Of a DNA stretch of 40,653 nt, positions 6,748 to 13,723 are shown one piece after another (the first letter of the stretch is position 1; each line of letters starts with the position of its first letter). Source of the DNA: a virus (Duplodnaviria > Caudoviricetes); the IMG/VR virus record IMGVR_UViG_3300005805_000176, positions 1 through 40,653 of that record. One strand, written 5' to 3'. The translations under genes and the position numbers were made by a program. The notes beneath the pieces are model-generated. The model was not told the origin of the DNA, ran no database searches, and was given only the letters and a program-made list of their open reading frames with translations.

Positions 6748-7059
6748 TCACTCCCCCTCAAAGGGGGACATCTCATCTTCCATAAGGCTTGCATACTGTG
6801 CAATCAACGCTTCCACCCTTTCGGGGGAACCGGGCTTACCAACCTTGAACCGCATACGATCCTCACCACCTACAAGGCGAGGGTCAGCCTTGACTAGTGT
6901 ACTCTTGCTCAGTTCACGCATAGCCTTACGATTGAACTTCAGCACCTTCTCACTACGGATGGTCGAACCATCTGCGGTCTTCTTATCGCAAGGAATAGCG
7001 ATGCCCTTGAAGCAAAGGAAGGCTTGACGCTTGGCATTTTCAACGATTGGGAACTTCAT
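6748..7059 (-). CDS. Basic hypothetical protein
   Basis: 103-aa ORF behind TTGTAA-16-TAGAAT promoter (7087-7114). Confidence 0.75.
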   Translation of the reverse strand: MKFPIVENAKRQAFLCFKGIAIPCDKKTADGSTIRSEKVLKFNRKAMRELSKSTLVKADPRLVGGEDRMRFKVGKPGSPERVEALIAQYASLMEDEMSPFEGE

Positions 7060-7119
7060 GGTTTTCTCTCTTTCTTTCTTTATCTTATTCTATCAACTTT
7101 ATCCGCGATTACAACCCCA

Positions 7120-7254
7120 CTATCGAGCGAGGAGATTCTGAAGGTAGGCCAACTTAGCGGTATCTGCCCTAAACTGCCCATTCTGAATACAACTCACAAC
7201 CTTACCATCTACCACGAAGGCCAACGTGCTATTTGTAATCTTTACAACTTTCAT
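7120..7254 (-). CDS. Hypothetical 44-aa protein (downstream of sigma54-type promoter)
   Basis: Manual translation MKVVKITNSTLAFVVDGKVVSCIQNGQFRADTAKLAYLQNLLAR. Confidence 0.5.
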   Translation of the reverse strand: MKVVKITNSTLAFVVDGKVVSCIQNGQFRADTAKLAYLQNLLAR

Positions 7255-7285
7255 CTTTCACTCTCTCTTTCTACCTACTATATAA

Positions 7286-7430
7286 TGCACATGCCGTGCC
7301 AAAGCCAAAGATTTTTTGAGCCTAGAAAACAAGGGGTTTCTGATCGTATCCCCCAAAGGTAGGTGTAGCATAATGCGTCACTTTTTGCATTTTGCAACCT
7401 ATATGTAGACGATTTCGTAGCATTTTGCAA
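7286..7430 (-). promoter_or_regulatory. sigma54 -24/-12 promoter (TGGCACGGCATGTGCA, 7301-7286) plus upstream GCA-N4-TGC boxes (7366-7430)
   Basis: Exact GG-N10-GC spacing; TAGCATAATGC, TTGCATTTTGCAA and TAGCATTTTGCAA upstream. Confidence 0.75.
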
Positions 7431-7460
7431 CACTCAAACCACAATATATAGAATTTGTCG

Positions 7461-7538
7461 TAAGTCATTGGCAATAAAGGATTTACATCGAATTTGGCCC
7501 GCCCTATGCGACCTAAGTCGTTATATCACAAGGACTTA
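7461..7538. repeat. 78-bp double-palindrome element, copy 6
   Basis: TAAGTCATT-ggcaata-AAGGATTTA, 28-bp spacer with GGCCCGCC, TAAGTCGTT-atatcac-AAGGACTTA. Confidence 0.9.
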
Positions 7539-7717
7539 AGACGCATTACAATATTGTAGCATTCATCAAAAGTGACATGATCAGCGTATACCCTACCATG
7601 GAGGTATACTGTATATCTGTCACCTACTCTATTAGCCGTTGTCCAGTAAATCATTGATTTCCTCATCATACCAACCATCTGCATCCTCAACAAGCCACTC
7701 AATACCGTTTTCATCAA
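7526..7717 (-). CDS. Hypothetical protein (true start may be internal)
   Basis: ORF whose 3' end runs into the repeat arm. Confidence 0.45.
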   Translation of the reverse strand: MMKTVLSGLLRMQMVGMMRKSMIYWTTANRVGDRYTVYLHGRVYADHVTFDECYNIVMRLKSL

Positions 7718-7739
7718 TCATGATTTTCATGTGTGTATC

Positions 7740-7937
7740 CTAATACTTGATCATCTTATTTGCAACCCAAAATCGAATCATTCCAGAAACATAGCGATTC
7801 GTAGTGATCGAATCCGTAACGTCTTTTCCAGCATTGTGAATACTCTGGATAACGTAGGTTCCACTCGGGAAAACCTTGAACGTCACAACGTTAGGGCCAA
7901 CATTCTTCGTATGCCAAGTTTCAAATACGCACTGCAT
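7740..7937 (-). CDS. Hypothetical protein
   Basis: 65-aa ORF directly behind a strong promoter. Confidence 0.65.
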   Translation of the reverse strand: MQCVFETWHTKNVGPNVVTFKVFPSGTYVIQSIHNAGKDVTDSITTNRYVSGMIRFWVANKMIKY

Positions 7938-7964
7938 CTTCTTTCTCTCTTTCTTACTTCTTAT

Positions 7965-7998
7965 ATCGACATTATACCACGGGATTCTTGAATGTCAA
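7965..7998 (-). promoter_or_regulatory. Overlapping sigma70 (TTGACA-16-TATAAT, extended TG) and sigma28-like (TCAAG-16-GTCGATA) promoter
   Basis: Read directly; A/T tract (UP-like) upstream. Confidence 0.75.
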
Positions 7999-8029
7999 TA
8001 GGCAAAAAATATTTTTTTCGGATTTTCTC

Positions 8030-8107
8030 TAAGTGGTTGCTACATAAGGACTTACATCAAATTTGGCCCACTGTCTATGATCTAAGTGGTTGATATATAT
8101 AGACTTA
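8030..8107. repeat. 78-bp double-palindrome element, copy 7 (outermost)
   Basis: TAAGTGGTT-gctacat-AAGGACTTA, 28-bp spacer with TTTGGCCC, TAAGTGGTT-gatatat-ATAGACTTA. Confidence 0.88.
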
Positions 8108-8253
8108 GATGGGGGTAGTTTTATCTTATAATACTTTCCCAGTTTTGGCGGCGCGTCAGCGTGGGGTGGTTATTACGCAATATCCAATGTATTATTGATA
8201 TGTATTACCCAATCTTCCCGTGTCAGCCCCCTGTGCCAAATAGTGCTACATGT

Positions 8254-8262
8254 GTGTATAAT
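8254..8262 (+). promoter_or_regulatory. Putative late promoter GTGTATAAT
   Basis: Motif recurs before several late genes. Confidence 0.55.
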
Positions 8263-8281
8263 AGGTAGAAGGAGATCCAAT

Positions 8282-8446
8282 ATGACCGAAAAGAAACAAT
8301 TAGATTGTGAATTGAATTGCAAATCTACCGCTAGTTTGAACTACGGTATTATTCAGGACTTACTACAGCCCGACGCTCCTATGGCTGAATTAGTAAAAGA
8401 AAAGGAAGAAGATGAAGTTAAAGATAACTCAGAATCCAGTAATTGA
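8282..8446 (+). CDS. Small hypothetical protein (MTEKKQL...)
   Basis: AAGGAG RBS before ATG 8282 inside track ORF 8195..8446. Confidence 0.55.
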   Translation: MTEKKQLDCELNCKSTASLNYGIIQDLLQPDAPMAELVKEKEEDEVKDNSESSN

Positions 8447-9197
8447 AAAAGCAAATCCTCTTCCAGATACATTCGATTTGCATCTCCTTGGCACCGAGGC
8501 TCTATATGAATATGCTCCAGATATGGAGTTTAATAAGGATGCCTTTAATTCTAATAATTGCAGCTTTTATAATAATTTTGGCACCAGTAACCGCTTCTAT
8601 TATAGAATTGAGAAGCTGCGTAATAATACCGTTGAAGATCTAGAATTTGGCATTGGTTGTCTAATAAAAGAAAATGATATTATTTTCTTACGTAGATTGC
8701 AGCCCTTTATTCATCAATATCAAAACAATCCGCCCCAGCAGTGCTTTGAACCCTGTTATAACTTTAGATATTGTTCTCCCGGTGAGTACATTGTAGCAAA
8801 GGCTCACGTTCCGTCAACCCCCGGAGAACTATTAATAGATCCATATTCTATTATTGCATCACAAAGTATCGGACTACCATCTGTAGTCAATATGAAGAAT
8901 AATTCACTCTTAGCCAGAACAGATGAAGGTATTGTATCACTAAAAACATCTGACTTATCTTCCTTAGAAGGCTTTTCTGAATCTACCAAAACAGCCCTTT
9001 GTGATTATACAAAGCAGCTTATTCTTAGCACTACCCAGCTTTATGCCAAAAAACTAAAAACAGAACAGCTTCAATTTAGCCCCTGTGATATTTCTAATGC
9101 CAAAGAAGGCACCTTGATTTACAACAAAGAAGACAAGACATTATGTTATTATACTGGAGAGAAATGGAGAGTTTTGGATTGGCATGAAGAAGCCTAA
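8412..9197 (+). CDS. Hypothetical protein, possibly virion-associated (distant resemblance to 32039..32710)
   Basis: F..G..N.FYY.IE...E.GIG motif shared with the 32039 product; C-terminal GTLIYN..LCYYTG.KW. Confidence 0.6.
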   Translation: MKLKITQNPVIEKANPLPDTFDLHLLGTEALYEYAPDMEFNKDAFNSNNCSFYNNFGTSNRFYYRIEKLRNNTVEDLEFGIGCLIKENDIIFLRRLQPFIHQYQNNPPQQCFEPCYNFRYCSPGEYIVAKAHVPSTPGELLIDPYSIIASQSIGLPSVVNMKNNSLLARTDEGIVSLKTSDLSSLEGFSESTKTALCDYTKQLILSTTQLYAKKLKTEQLQFSPCDISNAKEGTLIYNKEDKTLCYYTGEKWRVLDWHEEA

Positions 9198-9684
9198 GAA
9201 CATGACAGAACAAGAAGTTCTGGATAAAATTAATACTGTAGTTAATCGAATCGCCCCCAAGTATACATTCAACGGATATGACGTTGATGATATAAAACAA
9301 GAGGCTTTTCTAATCTGCATGGACGCCCTAGATCGTTATGATCAAAAGCGCCCCCTAGAGAATTTCCTAGCAGTTAACTTATCCAACCGACTTAAGAACT
9401 TCGTTAGAGATAACTATTTTACTAAAAAGGATGAGGATAAGAAGAAAGCCCTCAATCCAACCCACTTAGCATACGAAGACGCCCTTCCATCTGACGAAAT
9501 AGATAATGACTCATCCATTGACGCAAATGAAATGAAACGTATTATAGACCAGTATTTACCCAAAGAACTCCGTGCAGATTATCTCAAGATTATTAATGAT
9601 GTATATGTACCTAAGAAACGTAAAGAGTTTATAATTTCCACCCTTAAAAAGATATTAGAGGATAATGGTTATGAAAAAGGGTAG
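9184..9684 (+). CDS. Phage RNA polymerase sigma factor (sigma70 region 2-like)
   Basis: DDIKQEAFLICMDALDRYDQKRPLENFLAVNLSNRLKNFVRD matches the region 2 pattern. Confidence 0.8.
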   Translation: MKKPKNMTEQEVLDKINTVVNRIAPKYTFNGYDVDDIKQEAFLICMDALDRYDQKRPLENFLAVNLSNRLKNFVRDNYFTKKDEDKKKALNPTHLAYEDALPSDEIDNDSSIDANEMKRIIDQYLPKELRADYLKIINDVYVPKKRKEFIISTLKKILEDNGYEKG

Positions 9685-10456
9685 GATATCAAAAGAAGAG
9701 GAACGCGCTATCGCCCGACTCGTAGATACTATGACTGTCGAAGATATTGCTAAGCAACTCGACAGAGATGTAGAGTCGGTAGAAAGTTTTATTAAACGTA
9801 AGTTCCGCGTTGGCATTAGTAACGAAGAAGCCGCCGCATTTTCCCTAGAGGATCGCCCCTATTACTATGAACTCAAGTCCCAGTTCACCGATGAGGAACT
9901 AGAACTCTTTAAGTATCATTGGTCCCGTATTATATCCCAGTTTAAGGATGACGTATTTCCAACAGAAGAGTTACAGGTAATTGACGTAATTAAGCTAGAA
10001 ATACTTATGAACAGATGCCTGAAAAGTAATAAAGATAACATTGCGCAAATTAGTACATACGAAGCAATGCTTGCTGACGAAAGATCCCGCGATAAAGACC
10101 AACAGGATAATGACTATATATTTAACTTAGAAAGACAAACAGCTTCTCTCAGAGCCGCCCAAGAGAGTTTAAATAAAGACTATCGTGAATTACAAACCAA
10201 GAAGGCCGCAATGCTTAGAGAGATGAAAGGCACAAGAGAGCAGAGAATTAAGAGACTAGAAGATTCGAAGCAAAGCTTTACATCTTGGGTAGCACATCTG
10301 ATGCAAGATCCAGATACGCTGAAGCGTTACGGGGTCGAGATGGAAAAGATGAGGATGGCGATGATGAAAGAAAAGGAACGCTTAAGCGCGTTCCATAAAT
10401 ATGATGACGGGATTGTAGATCAACCTTTTTTAACTCCCGACACGGTAATTGAATGA
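9665..10456 (+). CDS. HTH plus coiled-coil protein, candidate terminase small subunit
   Basis: N-terminal helix-turn-helix (MTVEDIAKQLDRDVESV), long coiled coil, upstream of terL; the TerS role is inferred from position. Confidence 0.5.
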   Translation: MVMKKGRISKEEERAIARLVDTMTVEDIAKQLDRDVESVESFIKRKFRVGISNEEAAAFSLEDRPYYYELKSQFTDEELELFKYHWSRIISQFKDDVFPTEELQVIDVIKLEILMNRCLKSNKDNIAQISTYEAMLADERSRDKDQQDNDYIFNLERQTASLRAAQESLNKDYRELQTKKAAMLREMKGTREQRIKRLEDSKQSFTSWVAHLMQDPDTLKRYGVEMEKMRMAMMKEKERLSAFHKYDDGIVDQPFLTPDTVIE

Positions 10457-10503
10457 ATCTTACTAAGATCACATTAAGACCAGTATAAGGAGTTGTTTTT
10501 CTA

Positions 10504-11058
10504 ATGTTGCTATACGAACCAATTAAACTACATGAGCCACTTACGATACAGCCCGCAACGGCTTGGGGCAAGATCCCAACCATTCTATTAGATCTGATAG
10601 AACGAGCTAAATTAAATACTAATGTATGCCTAGAGTTTGGCGTTGAATATGGATACTCCACATCTGCATTAGCCAACTACTTTACCAAAGTGATTGGCGT
10701 AGATACGTTTGATGGAGATATACATTCTGGAATTAAAAATAACCATTTTGAACAAACCAAGCAGATTTTATCTATATATCCAAATATAGAATTAGTGAAA
10801 TCAACATATCAAGATTTTATTGTTAATAACGAAAATTATTATGATTTAATTCATATAGACATTGTACACACGTATCAAGACACGCTTGATTGTGGAGAAT
10901 GGTCTATACAACATGCTGATTGTGTCATCTTCCATGATACTGAGTCTTTTCATAATGTCAAGTTAGCCGTAACAGACTTAGCTAGTAAATACAATTTATA
11001 TTTCTATAACTTTGTGGAATCTTGTGGTTTAGGAATTTTAACAAAAAGGATGATTTGA
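10504..11058 (+). CDS. Class I SAM-dependent methyltransferase
   Basis: LEFGVEYGYS motif I, GVDTF, DLIHIDxxHTY and IFHD motifs. Confidence 0.85.
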   Translation: MLLYEPIKLHEPLTIQPATAWGKIPTILLDLIERAKLNTNVCLEFGVEYGYSTSALANYFTKVIGVDTFDGDIHSGIKNNHFEQTKQILSIYPNIELVKSTYQDFIVNNENYYDLIHIDIVHTYQDTLDCGEWSIQHADCVIFHDTESFHNVKLAVTDLASKYNLYFYNFVESCGLGILTKRMI

Positions 11059-12122
11059 TGAATAAGGCAATTATTTTCGGAATTACAGGACAGGATGGAA
11101 GCCACCTAGCAGATTTACTTCTAGAGAAGAACTACGAAGTTATTGGTGTCGCAAGACGTTCCAGTGTAGATAATACAAAAAGAATAAAACATATACTCTC
11201 TCATGAAAGATTCGAACTGATTGAGGGCGACATTACAGATGTAAGTAGCATCATGAATGTCCTAAGTAATTACGGGAATGTAGATGAAATCTACAACTTA
11301 GCTGCACAGTCGCATGTCGGAACATCCTTCAAACAGCCAGCACTTACGTGGGATATTACTGGTAAAGGATGTATGAATATACTACAGGCCATTGTGGATC
11401 TCAATCTATTCAATATTAGATTTTATCAAGCCTCGTCTAGCGAAATGTTTGGTGGCTCATATGATGTAGATATTAATGGTACAAAATACCAGAACGAAGA
11501 TACCAAATTTATGCCAAATTCACCATATGCGATATCTAAGTGTGCCGCCCATCAGGCTGTCAGATTATATCGTGAGGCTTATAATTTACATGCTAGCGCC
11601 GGTATCCTATTCAATCATGAAGGTCCGCGCCGAGGAGATAACTTTGTAACGAAGAAAATTATTAACTGGATTCAAGAATTTTCAGGATGGCTACAGAAGT
11701 ACCAACTTGATCCTTCTAGATTAAGTGTGTCTGGTGAGCTTCTTTTTCCTTCTGTAACGGGTACTAGCTTTAAGAGATTAAGACTTGGTAATTTAGATGC
11801 ATTTAGAGATTGGGGATATGCTGGAGATTATGTAGAAGCTATGTGGCTGATGCTACAGCAAGAGACTCCAGATGATTATGTGATTTGTACTGGAGAGACA
11901 CACACTGTAGCCGAATTTTTAGATATTGCTTGTAATATGGCTGGCCTGCCCGAATGGAGACAATATATTATTATTGATCCAGAGCTATTCAGGCCATCGG
12001 AAGTAGATTATCTGCGTGGAGACTGCACAAAAGCAAAAGAGAAACTAGGATGGACCCCAAAGCATAACTTAGAGGATCTAGTAAGGTTAATGCTTAATGA
12101 GAAACTTCAGACTAACAGTTGA
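11058..12122 (+). CDS. gmd: GDP-mannose 4,6-dehydratase
   Basis: GITGQDGSHLA, YNLAAQSHVGTSF, FYQASSSEMFG, SPYAISK, GILFNHEGPRRG, LGNLDAFRDWG, RPSEVDYL; start at ATG 11058. Confidence 0.96.
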   Translation: MNKAIIFGITGQDGSHLADLLLEKNYEVIGVARRSSVDNTKRIKHILSHERFELIEGDITDVSSIMNVLSNYGNVDEIYNLAAQSHVGTSFKQPALTWDITGKGCMNILQAIVDLNLFNIRFYQASSSEMFGGSYDVDINGTKYQNEDTKFMPNSPYAISKCAAHQAVRLYREAYNLHASAGILFNHEGPRRGDNFVTKKIINWIQEFSGWLQKYQLDPSRLSVSGELLFPSVTGTSFKRLRLGNLDAFRDWGYAGDYVEAMWLMLQQETPDDYVICTGETHTVAEFLDIACNMAGLPEWRQYIIIDPELFRPSEVDYLRGDCTKAKEKLGWTPKHNLEDLVRLMLNEKLQTNS

Positions 12123-12345
12123 TTTATCTAATTTCTATGTGGAGCTTAAAAAATTCACACTAAGAGAATATAGTATACCTTTCGCCCTAATATTTGTAGA
12201 GGCGGCAGATCCAGACGAAGCCTGCTATTTAATATTAGCTAAATTATGTAAATTACTAATAGATCAAGATCCATCAATAGAAACTAGATTACTATGTCGC
12301 AGAATTAAGCGGGAACTTAGAATAGAGAAAATTACAGGATTATGA
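12097..12345 (+). CDS. Hypothetical protein
   Basis: 82-aa ORF within the operon. Confidence 0.65.
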   Translation: MRNFRLTVDLSNFYVELKKFTLREYSIPFALIFVEAADPDEACYLILAKLCKLLIDQDPSIETRLLCRRIKRELRIEKITGL

Positions 12346-12599
12346 AGCGCGATTATAACGACGTATATCTTAAAACAATAAAGGAAGTCTTTAAAAGAGA
12401 TAAATTTAAGTGTCAAATGCCCAACTGTAACTCTAGAATAGGTCTACAGGCTCACCACATTAAGAAATGGTCAACTGCACATGCACTACGTTATGATGTA
12501 TCTAATTGTATTACATTATGTAGAAAGTGCCATAAATCTATCCACGGTAAAGAACACCATTACGAAAAACTATTTTATAGTATCATAAATGGAAAATAA
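12342..12599 (+). CDS. HNH endonuclease
   Basis: RD.FKCQ..C...LQAHHI...NCITLCRKCH..IH. Confidence 0.9.
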   Translation: MKRDYNDVYLKTIKEVFKRDKFKCQMPNCNSRIGLQAHHIKKWSTAHALRYDVSNCITLCRKCHKSIHGKEHHYEKLFYSIINGK

Positions 12600-13086
12600 T
12601 TTAGAACCATTCTTTGTTATTAAAGATACCAGAGAACAAGAAGGATACTATTTTAAGGCATACGGCAATTGTGCTGGTATGATCGAAGAAAAGCTAGATA
12701 CTGGCGATTATTCTATAAAAGGTTTAGAAGATAAGCTATGCATTGAGCGTAAAGGCTGCGTAGAAGAATTGGCGGTAAATCTAGGTCAGAAGAAATATGC
12801 ATTTTTAAACGAACTAGAGCGCATGTCTGAATTTCCACATAAGTTTTTAGTATTAGAATTTTCAGTTGAAGATTTAGCTAAATTTCCCGATGAGTCTAGA
12901 ATACCTATTAAAAATAAGGCGTCTGTTAAAATTACTGGTAAATATATGTTAAAATGTCTAATGGAGTTTATGTTGTATAATAATGTGCAAGTCCTCTTCT
13001 GCGGAAACAAATATAATGCATTCTTGGTTGTTAGCAGCATTCTTAAGCGAATACATGAGATGTACACTACTGGAAGGAAGAAATAA
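12589..13086 (+). CDS. ERCC4-domain nuclease
   Basis: DTREQ, LDTGDYS and IERK motifs. Confidence 0.85.
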   Translation: MENNLEPFFVIKDTREQEGYYFKAYGNCAGMIEEKLDTGDYSIKGLEDKLCIERKGCVEELAVNLGQKKYAFLNELERMSEFPHKFLVLEFSVEDLAKFPDESRIPIKNKASVKITGKYMLKCLMEFMLYNNVQVLFCGNKYNAFLVVSSILKRIHEMYTTGRKK

Positions 13087-13087
13087 A

Positions 13088-13723
13088 ATGGAACCAGAAC
13101 TACTGAAGGATTTTCACGACTATGGTGCCAATATCCAGAGTAGAGAGATATTTCTACACAATCATTATCACACCGAGGATAACCAAAACCCCGGTGTTGA
13201 GTATAGAATGTCTAATACATTTATAAAGAATTTACGCGCTCTAGATATAAAGAGTGATCAGGGTATTACTGTTCATATGCATAGCATCGGCGGCGAGTGG
13301 GCCGATGGTATGGCTATCTTTGACGCAATTAGCATGTGTCGTTCATATATTACAATGATTGTATATGGACAGGCTGAGTCTATGAGTAGTATTATTTTAC
13401 AAGCCGCAGATTATCGCGTAATGACGCCCAATTCTTATTTTATGTGTCATTATGGATCAACTAACGCAAATGGCGACTACCTAAACGTTCAAAACTGGGT
13501 TGACTATGAGCGCAAGTTGGCAGATGTAATGTTTAGTATATATGCTAAGCGCGCAGTCGATGGACAATTCTTCAAAGACAAGTTTGGCAAAAAGCCCAGC
13601 GAAAAGCAAGTAAAACAGTTCTTAATTCGTAAGCTTAAGCATGGCGATTGGTTTATAGATGCTAAAGACGCTGTATACTATGGATTTGCAGATACTGTTA
13701 TAGACAACTGGCACGGTAAATGA
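13088..13723 (+). CDS. clpP: ClpP-family (S14) protease
   Basis: SIGGE..DGMAIFD, G.AESMSSIILQA (catalytic Ser), FMCH (His), DWFI.A.DAV.YGFAD; start at ATG 13088. Confidence 0.85.
   Translation: MEPELLKDFHDYGANIQSREIFLHNHYHTEDNQNPGVEYRMSNTFIKNLRALDIKSDQGITVHMHSIGGEWADGMAIFDAISMCRSYITMIVYGQAESMSSIILQAADYRVMTPNSYFMCHYGSTNANGDYLNVQNWVDYERKLADVMFSIYAKRAVDGQFFKDKFGKKPSEKQVKQFLIRKLKHGDWFIDAKDAVYYGFADTVIDNWHGK

Noticed and set aside
34-8000. Plus-strand ORFs in the left region (e.g. 243..758, 1214..1573, 2543..2899, 3093..3479)
   Set aside because: Shadows of minus-strand genes that have promoters, RBSs and recognisable motifs
748-8107. CRISPR array interpretation of the palindromic repeats
   Set aside because: Repeats come only in pairs, are degenerate, have a conserved rather than unique spacer, and are separated by 0.5-2.6 kb of genes; no cas genes
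748-8107. Classical integron attC sites or Rho-independent terminators
   Set aside because: No RYYYAAC/GTTRRRY ends, fixed rather than variable length, no intI in the window; stems are AT-rich and lack consistent U-tracts
11022-13088. Track starts for gmd (11022) and clpP (12983)
   Set aside because: The extensions overlap upstream genes; family-like sequence begins at ATG 11058 and 13088
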